Origin: Roseburia intestinalis | GTDB lineage: Bacteria; Bacillota; Clostridia; Oscillospirales; Acutalibacteraceae | Direction: 5' to 3' | Length of the DNA: 64,000 nucleotides | NCBI GenBank assembly: GCA_963630555.1 | Contig: CAVGND010000008.1 | Coordinates: 230 to 64,229, forward strand | In this document: piece by piece, positions 20,891 through 32,482 of the stretch | Layout of the letters: every line of letters begins with the position of its first letter | Numbering within the stretch: position 1 is the stretch's first letter | Position numbers and translations under genes: made by a program | Notes under the pieces: model-generated | Databases searched by the model: none | Seen by the model: the letters and a program-made list of their open reading frames with translations, nothing else | Told to the model about the DNA's origin: nothing

Positions 20891-22753
20891 TCATACATCC
20901 ATTATTACGGGCAGTATCATCGGGCTGCGCTTCGTCTGCGAATAAAGGAATTTTGAAATATCGTCGCGAACCTTTGATTTTATCGCGTTTCGGTCGCGAA
21001 TGTTTGAAATATAACACTGCTCAAGCGCGTCGCAGGCAATGTTTCTTGCCTCGGTCAGCAATTCTTCCGACTCGCGTACATACACAAATCCGCGTGAAAT
21101 AACATCGGGACCCGAAACCACCTCGCCGGTAACGTGATCCATTGATATTACAACAACAAAAATTCCGTCCTCGGCAAGATGTTTACGGTCGCGCAGAACC
21201 ACGCTTCCGACATCTCCGACCCCCAAGCCGTCCACCATTACTCGGCCCGCAGGAACACTGTCAACAATTTTCATCGAATTTTTCTTTAATTCAATAACAT
21301 TTCCTATATCGGCAATAAGAATATTTTTGCGATCTATTCCCATACTCTCGGCAAGGAAGGCGTGCTTTTTAAGATGTTTCTGTTCGCCGTGCGCCGGTAT
21401 AAAAAATTTCGGCTTTACAAGGCTGAGCATAATTTTAAGTTCTTCCTGACACGCATGCCCGGAAACGTGAACATCGTACATTCTTTCGTAAACCACTTCA
21501 GCACCGAGTTTTATAAGTTCGTTAATAACTCGGCTTACCGTTTTTTCGTTCCCCGGAATCGGCGTTGCCGAAATAATTATCATATCGTGAGGACTTATAC
21601 GAACCTTGCGGTGATCGCTGAATGCCATACGGTGCAACGCCGACATCGGTTCACCCTGCGAACCGGTCGTGACTATAACAAGTTGCTCAGGCGTGTAGTT
21701 GTTTATCATATCTATGTTTATAATAACGCCGTCCGGTATTTTCATATAACCGAGTTCCCGCGCAACTTCAACCGCTTTTTCCATGCTCCTGCCGGATATT
21801 GCAACCTTGCGTCCGCACCTGACAGCCTCGTCAATTATCTGCTGCACACGGTGAATGTTTGAAGAAAATGTCGCAACTATTATCCGTTTACCGTCAGCAT
21901 TTGCAAAAAGTCTTGAAAACGACGTTCCGACAACCTTCTCGGACATAGTATACCCGGGTCGTTCCGCATTGGTTGAATCCGAAAGCAGCGCAAGTACACC
22001 GTGTTTACCGAGTTCGGCAAATCTTGCAAGATCAATAATATCACCGTCAATAGGCGTTGTGTCAATCTTAAAATCACCTGTCTGAACAACGGTTCCCGCA
22101 GGGCATTTTATCGCAAGACCGACCGCATCCGGTATAGAGTGGTTAACATGGATAAGTTCAACCGAAAAACAGCCGAATTTTACAACATCGCCCGGCATGA
22201 CCTTGTTTAGTTTTGCGGTTCCTAAAAGTTTGTGTTCCTCCAATTTACCTTCTATAAGTCCTATGGTCAGCGGTGTGCCGTAAACCGGAATATTTATTTG
22301 TTTTAAAAGGTAGGGTATTGCACCTATATGATCCTCGTGACCGTGCGTTACAACCAGACCTTTTATCCTGTTCGCATTTTTTATAAGGTAAGTGAAATCA
22401 GGGATGACGCTGTCTATTCCCGGCATTTCCTCATCGGGGAATGCCATTCCGCAATCGACCAAAAACATATCGTCCCCACATTCATACAGTGTGATGTTTT
22501 TGCCGATCTCGTTCAGTCCTCCGAGCGGTACTATCCTGAGCGGTAGTTGCGGGCTGCTTTGGCGGCGTGCTTTTTTAGCCACGGTTTTCGGCGTATTCTC
22601 AGCCGTGTTTTCAGCGGATTTCTTTGCCGCTCCGTGCGTATTGGCAGCGCCTGCCGAACTATCCGCCTTATTGCGGTTGCGGCGCTGTTTCGCAGCACCG
22701 GCAGAGGCTTTCTTGCCCGCCGCCTCACTCCTATTAATTTTTTGAATTGCCAT
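20891..22753 (-). CDS. rnj: Ribonuclease J with an approximately 70-aa basic low-complexity N-terminal extension
   Basis: Metallo-beta-lactamase HGHEDHIG plus beta-CASP and C-terminal domains. The core begins at RIVPLGGLNEIGKN, after a Lys/Arg/Ala-rich leader. Confidence 0.95.
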   Translation of the reverse strand: MAIQKINRSEAAGKKASAGAAKQRRNRNKADSSAGAANTHGAAKKSAENTAENTPKTVAKKARRQSSPQLPLRIVPLGGLNEIGKNITLYECGDDMFLVDCGMAFPDEEMPGIDSVIPDFTYLIKNANRIKGLVVTHGHEDHIGAIPYLLKQINIPVYGTPLTIGLIEGKLEEHKLLGTAKLNKVMPGDVVKFGCFSVELIHVNHSIPDAVGLAIKCPAGTVVQTGDFKIDTTPIDGDIIDLARFAELGKHGVLALLSDSTNAERPGYTMSEKVVGTSFSRLFANADGKRIIVATFSSNIHRVQQIIDEAVRCGRKVAISGRSMEKAVEVARELGYMKIPDGVIINIDMINNYTPEQLVIVTTGSQGEPMSALHRMAFSDHRKVRISPHDMIIISATPIPGNEKTVSRVINELIKLGAEVVYERMYDVHVSGHACQEELKIMLSLVKPKFFIPAHGEQKHLKKHAFLAESMGIDRKNILIADIGNVIELKKNSMKIVDSVPAGRVMVDGLGVGDVGSVVLRDRKHLAEDGIFVVVISMDHVTGEVVSGPDVISRGFVYVRESEELLTEARNIACDALEQCYISNIRDRNAIKSKVRDDISKFLYSQTKRSPMILPVIMDV

Positions 22754-23416
22754 AAAAATTGGATACCTCCGTAAATATATATATTCGTTGCAGCCGCGTT
22801 GCGGGCTGCCTGTTTGCAGAGTTTGTAATATTGAAAAGTCCTGTGGACAAAAACTACTCCATATTAAAATCCTATACTATAATATTTTACCCAAATCGGC
22901 ACCGTATGTCAAGCAAAAAAAGCGGTTTATTCCCCAATAAGATAAGTTTTTCCGGCGTCCAAAATCAGTTCCGACGATATCCGGGACCCGTCAGCCTAAA
23001 ATATGCCCCGTTTTATAAAATATATACAGCCGATACGCGTTATCAGCTTAGTTCGCAGTATGCTTCGTAATTTGTAAGTAACATTATGCCGTTCCCTGTC
23101 GTAATTTTTTAAAGAGGTTCTCAATTATCTGCGGTTTCCGTTGCACTCAAATTCAAATGAGTGGCCTTATATATAAAACAGCATATCCTCACAAATATAT
23201 TTGGAGGAAAACTGTTTATAAATTCGGGTTTTTCGGGTTTGTGCGCCTGATTTTTTGCTGACTTTTACCTGGCGGTTACCTTACTTTGTACAGTTATTGG
23301 CATACAGTAGGTGCGGTGCTGTAATTAAGCAACCGATACAATTGTTTTAGATGATTTATAATGGGAATTCATATGGTTTTAAACCGATGTAAAAACTATT
23401 ATCTGTTGTTACGGCA

Positions 23417-24016
23417 GTGTTTTTGCTGTTTTCTGCCGTTCATACAGGTTCATTTGGAATTACCGCAAGTGCTGAAACAACAAGCGGAACAACGGGCGAC
23501 TGCACTTGGACACTTGACGGAACTCGCCTTACTGTATGCGGTAACTGCAAAATGTTGGACTGTAATTATGACAGTACTATCCCCCGGGTTACGGATGTTA
23601 CTGCGGTAATTGTTGAACAGGGTGTAAAAAGCATGGGTGATAATGCCTTCGCACGCTGTACAAATATTACCGTGCCGGACAGCGTAACGAATATTGAAGA
23701 ATATGCATTTGCCGGTTGCGATAACCTGATTATAAAAACGAGCGAGAATAGTGCGGCACACAAATATGCGGAAGAATACAACATTGACTTTGAACTTATC
23801 CGGTTCGCCGTAAAGTTAGGCGATGCAGACGGTGACGGTGAGATTACCGTAAAAGACACTATTGCAATTCTTCGCCACGACGCCGAGGCGGAACTTCTTA
23901 CCGGCACGCAAATTATTGCCGGCGACCTGAACGGCAATAAGGCGGTCAACACTAAAGACGCCATATTAATTCTTCAATATGACGCACAGATTATAGAAAA
24001 ATTTCCGATAGAATAA
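23417..24016 (+). CDS. Secreted leucine-rich-repeat (BspA-like) protein with C-terminal type I dockerin; 5' end disrupted (see findings)
   Basis: LRR segment CTNITVPDSVTNIEEYAFAGCDNL. Duplicated dockerin Ca-binding loops GDADGDGEITVKDTIAIL and GDLNGNKAVNTKDAILIL. An in-frame ATG-TAA lies at 23387-23392. Confidence 0.7.
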   Translation: MFLLFSAVHTGSFGITASAETTSGTTGDCTWTLDGTRLTVCGNCKMLDCNYDSTIPRVTDVTAVIVEQGVKSMGDNAFARCTNITVPDSVTNIEEYAFAGCDNLIIKTSENSAAHKYAEEYNIDFELIRFAVKLGDADGDGEITVKDTIAILRHDAEAELLTGTQIIAGDLNGNKAVNTKDAILILQYDAQIIEKFPIE

Positions 24017-24020
24017 ATTC

Positions 24021-24048
24021 ACCCCCGAAAACGCATTGTTTCGGGGGT
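24021..24048. terminator. Bidirectional terminator hairpin
   Basis: ACCCCCGAAA-acgcattg-TTTCGGGGGT. Confidence 0.6.
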
Positions 24049-24080
24049 TATATCTTTGTATATTCGATTTTAGGCTGCGG

Positions 24081-25202
24081 TTAGATTTTCTCCCCGTGAT
24101 CGTGTTTATCAAGCACCTTCTTGATTCTGTCAATCGGGTTAAGCAGGTCACTTATTGAATTATCACAATTCATTGTATCAACCAGCAAGGCGATATATTT
24201 AGACATATCAACCCTTTGATACCACGGTTTTTCGAGCAATTCATCGGTTCCGTAAACCAGATTGGTTGTGAATATTTTGGTAATAAGTCCGTTTTTGTAA
24301 TACTCGTCAAATTTATCAAATCCGCTTGTAAACAGCCCGAATGTTGTGAATGCAAAAATCCTGTTGGCGCCCTTTGCCTTTAATTGTTCGGCGATGTCAA
24401 GTATAGAATCGCCGGAGGCAATCATATCGTCAACAATAATAATATCCTTGCCGTGAATATCCTTGCCCAAAAATTCGTGTGCTTCAATCGGATTTTTTCC
24501 GTTGATAACAATTGAGTAGTTTCGGCGCTTATAAAACATACCGATATCTATTCCAAGTACTGATGAATAGTAAATAGAACGCGACATAGCACCTTCATCG
24601 GGTGATACGATCATAAGTTTATCTTTATTTATATCTACATCGGGGTGGGAGCGCAGCAACGCTTTTATCATCTGGTATGTGGGCTGTATGTTATCAAACC
24701 CGTCATTCGGGATAGCGTTCTGTATTCTCGGGTCGTGCGCGTCAAAGGTTATGATGTTTTTAACGCCCATATTTACGAGTTCCTGTAAAGCCATTGCCGA
24801 GTCAAGTGACTCTCTTGCTGTTCTGCGATGCTGCCTGCCTTCATAGAGCATCGGCATAACAACTGTTATTCTCCTTGCTTTTCCGCCCATCGAGGCTATA
24901 ACACGCTTAAGATCCTGATAGTGGTCATCCGGACTCATCGGGACTTCGTGACCGTACATTTTGTATTTTACGCCCCAGTTAAAACAGTCGCATATTATGT
25001 ACGCATCAAGTCCTCTTGCGGTGTGAGGGAATATGCCCTTTGCCTCGCCCGTGCCGAAACGCGGACAAACCGGATTAATTACGAATGTTTCGTCGGTATT
25101 TTTCCATTGCTTAAGATAGTAATCCACACGTGAAGAAATATCTTCACAGCCTTTCATACTGACAATGGCAAGATCTCCGAACGGTGTGTGTTTGTTTCCC
25201 AT
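24081..25202 (-). CDS. prs: Ribose-phosphate pyrophosphokinase family protein (long form, about 373 aa)
   Basis: PRPP synthetase motifs (VVMPMLYEGRQHRR, IIIVDDMIASGDSI). Start set at MGNKHTPFGDLAIV. Confidence 0.8.
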   Translation of the reverse strand: MGNKHTPFGDLAIVSMKGCEDISSRVDYYLKQWKNTDETFVINPVCPRFGTGEAKGIFPHTARGLDAYIICDCFNWGVKYKMYGHEVPMSPDDHYQDLKRVIASMGGKARRITVVMPMLYEGRQHRRTARESLDSAMALQELVNMGVKNIITFDAHDPRIQNAIPNDGFDNIQPTYQMIKALLRSHPDVDINKDKLMIVSPDEGAMSRSIYYSSVLGIDIGMFYKRRNYSIVINGKNPIEAHEFLGKDIHGKDIIIVDDMIASGDSILDIAEQLKAKGANRIFAFTTFGLFTSGFDKFDEYYKNGLITKIFTTNLVYGTDELLEKPWYQRVDMSKYIALLVDTMNCDNSISDLLNPIDRIKKVLDKHDHGEKI

Positions 25203-25418
25203 ATTTTCAACCCCTGTAAATAAAAATGTCGGCAGATCTTTGTCTGCCTTAATTCGACAAATACAGTATACCATAAATCGCATTTACAAACAATCGTTTT
25301 TTTAAAAAAATCCGAAATATTCGGTAAATTTTAATTTGAACTGCTAAATCGGGGGCGGCACGGCAAATACAGATTGTTGATTTGCAAATTAATATTTCAC
25401 TAAATATAGAATATGATA

Positions 25419-25447
25419 TTGACAAATGGCACAATATGTAGTATTAT
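25419..25447 (+). promoter_or_regulatory. Sigma-A-like promoter of pflBA
   Basis: TTGACA 25419-25424, a 17-nt spacer, TATTAT 25442-25447. It lies inside the ORF-track N-terminal extension, which supports the GTG 25483 start. Confidence 0.5.
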
Positions 25448-25482
25448 TGTGTGGAATTATAAAGTTATTTGGTGGTGATACC

Positions 25483-27714
25483 GTGAATTACAGCGGATGG
25501 GACGGCTTTAAAGGCTCAAAATGGCAGGAAGAAATAAACGTACGCGATTTTATTCAAAGTAATTATACCGAATATACGGGCGGTGCGGAATTTTTAAGCG
25601 ATGCGACGGACAGGACAAGGGAATTAAACCGAAAGGTTCTTGAATTGTTTGCAAAGGAACGTGAGAACGGCGGCGTTTTGTCGGTTGATACCGAAACTGT
25701 TTCCACAGTGACGGCTTATTCACCGGGATATGTTGATAAAGAGCGTGAAATAATAGTTGGTTTGGGAACCGATGAACCACTTAAGCGTGGGGTCAATCCG
25801 TTTGGCGGTATGCGTATGGCGCGTCAGGCGTGCGAGGCATACGGTTACCGTTTAAGCGATAAAATTGAACAGGAGTTCAAGTATCGCACCACACATAATG
25901 ACGGTGTTTTCAGAGCGTATACCGATGAAATGCGTCGGGCAAGGCACTGCCATATATTAACCGGTTTGCCTGACGCTTACGGCAGGGGCAGGATAATAGG
26001 CGATTACCGAAGGGTTGCACTTTACGGAATAGACAGGCTTAAAGAGGAAAAAATAAAAGACCGCAAGGCAGTTTGGGCAGCGGATATGAGCGCTGATAAT
26101 ATTCTGTGTGACGAGGAATTGGGAAAACAGATAAAAGCACTGGACGATATTAAAAGAATGGCGGAAAGTTACGGGTACGATATAAGCCTTCCGGCAGAAA
26201 ATGCAAAGCAGGCGGTGCAGTGGACTTACTTCGCATATCTTGCCGCAATTAAGGAACAAAACGGCGCGGCAATGTCGCTTGGCAGGGTCAGCACGTTTTT
26301 TGATATATATTTTGAGCGAGATATTAAAAAAGGACTGTTGAATGAGATTCAGGCGCAGGAGATAACGGATGATTTCGTCCTCAAACTTCGTCTTGCACGG
26401 CAACTCCGTACACCCGAATACAATGAACTTTTCGGCGGCGACCCTATGTGGATAACCGAAAGCGTAGGCGGAATGGGGGAGGACGGCAGAACGCTGGTTA
26501 CCAAAAGCAGTTACCGGATATTAAATACCTTATATACTTTAGGGCCGTCGGCTGAGCCTAATCTTACGGTGCTGTGGTCGGCAGGTCTGCCGCTGCCGTT
26601 TAAAAAATTCTGTGCCGCGGTTTCCTGCGATACAGATTCAATACAGTATGAAAACGATGATCTGATGCGTCCGATATATGGTGATGATTACGCTATAGCC
26701 TGCTGTGTTTCGGCTATGAAAATCGGAAAACAAATGCAACTTTTCGGCGCGCGCTGCAATTTGCCCAAACTTCTGCTTTTGGCAATCAACGGCGGATATG
26801 ACGCGCAAAGCGGCGTGAATATCGGGCCGCAAATGCCGCCGGCGGACGGTGAAATTTTAGATTACGGCGAGATTTTGCGCCGCTTTAAGATCTACCTTGA
26901 ATGGGCGGCAAGACTTTATGTAAATACAATGAACGTTATTCATTTTATGCACGATAAATATTCTTACGAAGCTTCTCAAATGGCGCTGCACGATACGGTC
27001 GTCCACCGTTTTATGGCTTTCGGCGTTGCGGGATTATCGGTCACAGCCGATTCGTTCAGTGCCTTAAAATATGCAAAAGTTTGCCCCGTAAGGGATAAAA
27101 ACGGAATCATAACCGACTTTAACATCACGGGCGAATTTCCGAAATTCGGCAATGATGATGACCGTGTTGACGGCATTGCACAGGATATTCTGCACTGTAT
27201 GATAACCGAACTGCGCAAAACCCCTGCGTACCGAGAAGCGGAACATACTTTATCGGTGCTTACCATAACCTCAAATGTTATGTACGGCAAATATACGGGC
27301 GCAACCCCTGACGGCAGACCCGATAAAGCGCCGTTTGCACCGGGTGCAAATCCGATGAACGGCAGGGAAGAAAACGGTGCGCTGGCAGCACTTAATTCGG
27401 TTGTCAAACTGTCATATGATGACTGCCGCGACGGTATTTCAAACACCTTTTCGGTTATTCCGCAGACACTTGGGAAAACGCGTGAAGAACGGATTGACAA
27501 CCTTACTTCTGTACTCGATGGTTACTTTGCCAAAAAGGGGCATCACATCAATGTTAATGTTATTGACCGTGAAACGCTTATAAAGGCTTATAACGACCCA
27601 AACGCTTACCCGAATCTCACAATAAGGGTGTCGGGATATGCGGTCAACTTCCATAAACTTTCGCGTGAACAGCAGCGTGAAGTCATAAGCCGCACATTCC
27701 ACGGTGAAATGTGA
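25483..27714 (+). CDS. pflB: Formate C-acetyltransferase (pyruvate formate-lyase)
   Basis: Catalytic Cys-Cys in IACCVSAM and the glycyl-radical motif [17 protein letters not shown] Shine-Dalgarno before GTG 25483. Confidence 0.95.
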   Translation: MNYSGWDGFKGSKWQEEINVRDFIQSNYTEYTGGAEFLSDATDRTRELNRKVLELFAKERENGGVLSVDTETVSTVTAYSPGYVDKEREIIVGLGTDEPLKRGVNPFGGMRMARQACEAYGYRLSDKIEQEFKYRTTHNDGVFRAYTDEMRRARHCHILTGLPDAYGRGRIIGDYRRVALYGIDRLKEEKIKDRKAVWAADMSADNILCDEELGKQIKALDDIKRMAESYGYDISLPAENAKQAVQWTYFAYLAAIKEQNGAAMSLGRVSTFFDIYFERDIKKGLLNEIQAQEITDDFVLKLRLARQLRTPEYNELFGGDPMWITESVGGMGEDGRTLVTKSSYRILNTLYTLGPSAEPNLTVLWSAGLPLPFKKFCAAVSCDTDSIQYENDDLMRPIYGDDYAIACCVSAMKIGKQMQLFGARCNLPKLLLLAINGGYDAQSGVNIGPQMPPADGEILDYGEILRRFKIYLEWAARLYVNTMNVIHFMHDKYSYEASQMALHDTVVHRFMAFGVAGLSVTADSFSALKYAKVCPVRDKNGIITDFNITGEFPKFGNDDDRVDGIAQDILHCMITELRKTPAYREAEHTLSVLTITSNVMYGKYTGATPDGRPDKAPFAPGANPMNGREENGALAALNSVVKLSYDDCRDGISNTFSVIPQTLGKTREERIDNLTSVLDGYFAKKGHHINVNVIDRETLIKAYNDPNAYPNLTIRVSGYAVNFHKLSREQQREVISRTFHGEM

Positions 27715-28427
27715 TGAAAAACAATATAATCGGCAGGATAAATTCGTTCCAGAGTTTTGCCGCGCTTGACGGGCCGGGTGTGCGTTTTGCTGTTTTTATG
27801 CAGGGCTGTCCTTTAAGGTGCGCCTGCTGCCACAATCCCGAAACTTGGGAAACGGACGGCGGCACCGAATATTCCGCAGATGAAATTTTCGATAAAGTTC
27901 TGCGTTACCGCGAGTATTTCGGGGAAAGCGGAGGTGTTACCGTTTCGGGCGGCGAACCGCTTATGCAGCCGCAATTTGTTACCGCACTTTTTAAAAAATG
28001 CAGGGAAAGCGGAATAAACACCTGCCTTGATACTTCCGGATGTATTATAAACGGCGGGATTTCGGAACTGCTTCGGTTTACAGATTACTGCCTGCTTGAT
28101 ATAAAATATACAGATGATGAGCGATACCGTAAATATGTCGGATGCGGCATCGGCACTCCTTTGAAATTTTTGGAACTGCTTCAGGAAAACGGCATAAAGA
28201 CGACGGTGCGGCAGGTTATTATCAAGGGAGTCAACAACGATGCAACCAACATTGAAAAACTCCAAAAAATCGTTTGTAAATTCAGCTGCATAGAAAAAAC
28301 GGAATTGTTACCGTTTAGAAAACTTTGTGTGGAAAAATACCGTGCCGCGGGTATTGAATTCAAGTTTGAAAACATTGCGGAAACAACGGAAAGCGAAATA
28401 AAATATCTTTACAGTTTGTTCGCGTAG
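27711..28427 (+). CDS. pflA: Pyruvate formate-lyase activating enzyme (radical SAM)
   Basis: [26 protein letters not shown]. Overlaps the pflB stop. Confidence 0.95.
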   Translation: MMKNNIIGRINSFQSFAALDGPGVRFAVFMQGCPLRCACCHNPETWETDGGTEYSADEIFDKVLRYREYFGESGGVTVSGGEPLMQPQFVTALFKKCRESGINTCLDTSGCIINGGISELLRFTDYCLLDIKYTDDERYRKYVGCGIGTPLKFLELLQENGIKTTVRQVIIKGVNNDATNIEKLQKIVCKFSCIEKTELLPFRKLCVEKYRAAGIEFKFENIAETTESEIKYLYSLFA

Positions 28428-28448
28428 GTGAACAAACTGTAAATTTAT
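28408..28448 (+). terminator. Terminator of pflBA
   Basis: TTTACAGTTTGTTC-gcgtaggt-GAACAAACTGTAAA, a perfect 14-bp stem spanning the pflA stop codon, followed by TTTAT. Confidence 0.6.
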
Positions 28449-28490
28449 GCCGTTATGCGGTTACTTATGCGGTTATGCGTGTTATTTTAA

Positions 28491-28519
28491 TTGACATTGG
28501 CTGCCGCCGGTGGTAAAAT
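28491..28519 (+). promoter_or_regulatory. Sigma-A-like promoter with extended -10
   Basis: TTGACA 28491-28496, a 17-nt spacer ending TGg, TAAAAT 28514-28519. Confidence 0.5.
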
Positions 28520-28627
28520 CATAAGGTAAATGTATTAAATTATCTGCTCGGCTTACCGCTTTGCGTGCGTTTTGCCGTTTTTAAACGGGGGGCGGGCGTC
28601 CCTTTTATAAAAAGGAGTTTTTTAATT

Positions 28628-29740
28628 ATGTTGAAAAGCCGTTATTGTTCTGCTGCCGCGGTCATTACCGTTATACTTTTGCTGGTGATAGGTACTAAGA
28701 TATCGGTTTCCGGCACGGGCGAAAATAAATTATATGCCATAGCCGATATTACAGGAATTGAATCCTCGGACATTTCCGAGATCGGGCAGAATAAAATGAA
28801 GTTGGTTACCGTTAAGGCAAAGGCTGAAATCGACGGTAAAAAAGATAAACATATTATTCAGGAATTTACATATACGGGCAAGAGTGAAGTAAAAAAAATC
28901 GAAAAGGACGACAAAGTTCTCGTTCGTATGAATGATAAAAACGAACTGTATGACGCTTCCTTTGTCGATTATGTTAAGACCGATATGCTCATAGTTCTTG
29001 CAATATCATTGCTTTTGCTTATAATACTTATTTCTAATTTAAAGGGCGTCGTCGCAGCCGCCAAGATGCTTTTTGCTCTGTTTTCTGTTGCTTTTATGCT
29101 CGCCATCTCGTTTACAACGGGCAGAGCAGTGACTGTGAACATAGTTTTCTGTACCGCGGTTTTGATAATTTCGCAAAACTTTATTGCGCCGCGTAACATC
29201 GGCAAAGCGGTTTATGATGCAGTGTTCACCGCTGTGTGTGCCGCGATTACATGGGGACTTGCCGCCGCGCTCACCTATGCAGTGGGATTGTCGGACAGAT
29301 TCGATTTAACAATATTCAACGCAGAGCAAATTATTTCAAGCGAATATTATACTGACGCACCTTTCAGTGCCGCCGTAATAATTGCAGCTGTTGTTATAAA
29401 TATTTTCTTTACATCATCACTCAGTGAATTATTGACGCGTGATAATGCGGTCGCTGTAAAAGGTAATGGGTTCCTGCGTTTCCGCGCATTGCTTACAGCA
29501 TTGTTTAACCGCCGCTCGGCGAGGATGACAGGAATGCTTTGCACTTTCATGCTCGGCATAATGCCGCTCTCCGCAATATTGTTTTCAGGCGGAAGATCGA
29601 TGCTTGGCTTGCTTAATAATGAATACTCGTCATTTGTGCTTTGCACTGTTATAATTTCGGCACTCTGCTGTATAATAAGCCTTATAACAGCGGCATTTTT
29701 GCTGTATAAAGGTTGGGTTGCCGATAAGGTTACAGATTAA
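28628..29740 (+). CDS. Multi-pass membrane protein, tentatively YibE/F-like
   Basis: N-terminal TM helix, an approximately 100-aa soluble domain, then about 7 TM helices. AAGGAG Shine-Dalgarno before ATG 28628. The family assignment is by architecture only. Confidence 0.45.
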   Translation: MLKSRYCSAAAVITVILLLVIGTKISVSGTGENKLYAIADITGIESSDISEIGQNKMKLVTVKAKAEIDGKKDKHIIQEFTYTGKSEVKKIEKDDKVLVRMNDKNELYDASFVDYVKTDMLIVLAISLLLLIILISNLKGVVAAAKMLFALFSVAFMLAISFTTGRAVTVNIVFCTAVLIISQNFIAPRNIGKAVYDAVFTAVCAAITWGLAAALTYAVGLSDRFDLTIFNAEQIISSEYYTDAPFSAAVIIAAVVINIFFTSSLSELLTRDNAVAVKGNGFLRFRALLTALFNRRSARMTGMLCTFMLGIMPLSAILFSGGRSMLGLLNNEYSSFVLCTVIISALCCIISLITAAFLLYKGWVADKVTD

Positions 29741-29752
29741 GGAGATTGCTTT

Positions 29753-32479
29753 ATGAGTTTTTTAAATAAAATTTTCGGTAATTACAGTGAAAAAGAATTA
29801 AAAAGAATATACCCTTTGCAGGAAAAAGTTTTAAAGTTAGAAGATGAATACACTGCGCTTTCGGACGAAGAACTTAAGGCGAAAACACAGGAATTTAAAG
29901 ACCGTCTTACAAACGGCGAAACGCTTGACGATATTTTACCGGAAGCGTTTGCGGCTTGTCGCGAAGCCGCTTGGAGAGTCCTCGGGATGAAACATTTTCC
30001 TGTTCAGATACTCGGCGGAATTGTTTTGCACCAGGGAAGAATAGCCGAAATGAAGACGGGAGAAGGCAAAACTTTGGTTGCGACTCTGCCCGCCTACCTT
30101 AATGCACTTGCCGGCAACGGTGTTCATATCGTAACCGTTAATGATTATCTTGCCCGCCGCGACAGTGAGTGGATGGGTAAAGTCTACCGCTTTATGGGAC
30201 TTACCGTAGGGCTTGTTGTTCCGGGTCTTCAGCCCGAAGAAAAACGCGAAGCGTATAACGCCGATATAACTTATTGTACCAATAACGAATTGGGATTTGA
30301 CTACCTTAGGGACAATATGGTGGTTGAAGCGACGGGTCGTGTTCAAAGGGGACACAGTTTTGCAATAGTCGATGAGGTTGACTCTATACTTATTGATGAA
30401 GCAAGAACTCCGCTTATTATTTCGGGCCGCGGTGAAAAATCCACCGACCTGTACGAACGTGCCGACAGAATTGCAAAAAGGCTTAAAAAATCCGTTGTTA
30501 TAGAAGTGGATAAAAAACTTACCGATGAACAGCAGAGTTTTGACGGCGATTATGTCGTTGACGAAAAGGCAAAAACCTGTACCCTTACTCCCAGCGGCGT
30601 TGAAAAGGTGCAGGAATATTTCGGAATAGATAATATCAATGACCCCGAAAACCTTGAAATAATGCATCATATCCAACAGGCGATAAAGGCTTACGGGATT
30701 ATGAAACGCGATGTTGATTATGTAGTAAAAGACGGCGAGGTTATTATTGTTGACGAATTTACGGGTCGTCTTATGATAGGAAGAAGATATAACGAGGGCT
30801 TGCACCAGGCAATTGAAGCAAAAGAGGGTGTTAAGGTCGCACACGAGTCCAAAACTCTTGCAACAATAACATTCCAAAATTTCTTCCGTCTGTATGATAA
30901 ACTTTCGGGTATGACGGGTACCGCAATGACTGAGGAACAGGAGTTCCGAGAGATATATAAACTTGATGTAATTGAAATACCCACCAATAAACCCCTTATC
31001 CGTAAAGATGACACCGATGTTGTTTACAAAACCTCACGGGCAAAATTTGCGGCGGTTGTAGACGATATTGAACAGCATCACGCAACAGGGCAGCCGATAC
31101 TTGTAGGTACGGTCACAATCGAAATAAGCGAACATCTGAGTTCAATGCTTAAAAAACGCGGGATAAAGCATAATGTTCTCAATGCTAAATTCCATGAAAA
31201 GGAAGCAGAAATAATCGCGCAGGCTGGTAAGTTCGGCGCTGTAACCATAGCCACCAATATGGCCGGGCGCGGAACGGATATTATGCTCGGTGGTAACGCG
31301 GAATATCTTGCAAAATCGGAACTGCGTAAAAAAGGATATACCGAAGAACTTATCAGCGAAGCAACGGGATTTTCGGATACCGATGATGAAGATATTTTAA
31401 AAGCACGCTGCGAATTTGCCGAATTCAGCGATAAATATAAGGCGCAAATAGTGCCCGAAGCGGAAAAAGTTCGCGAAGCGGGCGGCTTGTACATTATAGG
31501 TACGGAACGCCACGAGTCGCGCCGTATTGATAATCAGTTGCGCGGCCGTGCAGGGCGTCAGGGCGACCCCGGTGAAACCAAGTTCTATATTTCGCTTGAA
31601 GATGACCTTATGCGCCTTTTCGGCGGAGAGAGAATATATTCAATGATGGAAACCCTGAAGGTAGACGAGAATACGCCGCTTGAAGTGGGTATGCTTGCAC
31701 GTGCTATTGAAAATGCTCAACGTAAAGTGGAAAGCCGTAACTTTGAAATCCGCAAAAATGTGCTTGAATATGACGATGTTATGAATAATCAGCGCGAACT
31801 TATTTACGGGCAGCGTAACGAGGTGCTGGACGGTAAGGATATTAAACAGTCGATAATGAAAATGATATACGACTGCGTTGATGAAGCGTGTGACAGATAC
31901 CTGCATGAAGAAAGCCACGGCGGCTGGAATCTTGAAGGGCTGCGCCAATATTTTAAAGGCTGGGTGCTTACTGACGGTGACCTTGTTTACAGTGAAGAAG
32001 AAATGCATAAAATATCGGTTAACGATATAAATAAGTTTATTAAAGACAAGGTTGACGAAATGTATGCAAAACGCGAAGAGGAATTCGGCGCTTCGCTGAT
32101 GCGTGAAATTGAGCGTTATGTTCTGCTGCGCAGCGTTGATACCCATTGGATGGAACACATTGACGCAATGGATGAACTACGTAAAGGAATCGGACTTGTG
32201 GCTTACGGTCAACACGACCCTGTTGTTGAATACAAAAATCAGGGGTGCGACAGATTTAACGCAATGACCGAAGAAATCCGAGAGGAAACCGCACGGCAGG
32301 TTATGAGCGTAAGGGTACGCAAAAACGAAGAAATCAAACGCGAAAAGGTTGCCGAGGAAACAGGCACCGGCGAGGGCGACAGAACCGTAAGGGGAAAGGG
32401 CAAAGTTAGTAAAAACGCCCCCTGTCCCTGTGGCAGCGGATTGAAATACAAGCGTTGCTGCGGAAAAAATGAAAATTAG
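29753..32479 (+). CDS. secA: Preprotein translocase ATPase SecA
   Basis: [28 protein letters not shown]-terminal zinc finger [14 protein letters not shown]. Confidence 0.97.
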   Translation: MSFLNKIFGNYSEKELKRIYPLQEKVLKLEDEYTALSDEELKAKTQEFKDRLTNGETLDDILPEAFAACREAAWRVLGMKHFPVQILGGIVLHQGRIAEMKTGEGKTLVATLPAYLNALAGNGVHIVTVNDYLARRDSEWMGKVYRFMGLTVGLVVPGLQPEEKREAYNADITYCTNNELGFDYLRDNMVVEATGRVQRGHSFAIVDEVDSILIDEARTPLIISGRGEKSTDLYERADRIAKRLKKSVVIEVDKKLTDEQQSFDGDYVVDEKAKTCTLTPSGVEKVQEYFGIDNINDPENLEIMHHIQQAIKAYGIMKRDVDYVVKDGEVIIVDEFTGRLMIGRRYNEGLHQAIEAKEGVKVAHESKTLATITFQNFFRLYDKLSGMTGTAMTEEQEFREIYKLDVIEIPTNKPLIRKDDTDVVYKTSRAKFAAVVDDIEQHHATGQPILVGTVTIEISEHLSSMLKKRGIKHNVLNAKFHEKEAEIIAQAGKFGAVTIATNMAGRGTDIMLGGNAEYLAKSELRKKGYTEELISEATGFSDTDDEDILKARCEFAEFSDKYKAQIVPEAEKVREAGGLYIIGTERHESRRIDNQLRGRAGRQGDPGETKFYISLEDDLMRLFGGERIYSMMETLKVDENTPLEVGMLARAIENAQRKVESRNFEIRKNVLEYDDVMNNQRELIYGQRNEVLDGKDIKQSIMKMIYDCVDEACDRYLHEESHGGWNLEGLRQYFKGWVLTDGDLVYSEEEMHKISVNDINKFIKDKVDEMYAKREEEFGASLMREIERYVLLRSVDTHWMEHIDAMDELRKGIGLVAYGQHDPVVEYKNQGCDRFNAMTEEIREETARQVMSVRVRKNEEIKREKVAEETGTGEGDRTVRGKGKVSKNAPCPCGSGLKYKRCCGKNEN

Positions 32480-32482
32480 GTG

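Noticed and set aside
22759-23070. 103-aa plus-strand ORF in the rnj upstream gap
   Set aside because: It has no Shine-Dalgarno, odd composition and no recognisable domain. The region is more likely the rnj 5' UTR and promoter.
25426-25482. N-terminal extension of pflB proposed by the ORF track (similar extensions at trkA 43797-43907, ldhA 4136-4174 and prs 25203-25283)
   Set aside because: The extensions contain predicted promoters or lack a Shine-Dalgarno, and the conserved protein N-termini begin at the downstream starts.
28451-28487. Short tandem TTATGCGG(T) repeats after pflA
   Set aside because: There are only about three imperfect 9-12-nt units, with no spacer-repeat architecture. 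It is not a CRISPR array or a recognisable regulatory array.
29936-30877. 313-aa ORF on the minus strand
   Set aside because: It lies entirely antisense to secA, whose identity is unambiguous. Its product has a skewed, low-complexity composition (F/N/K/I-rich) and no Shine-Dalgarno, so it is a shadow ORF.
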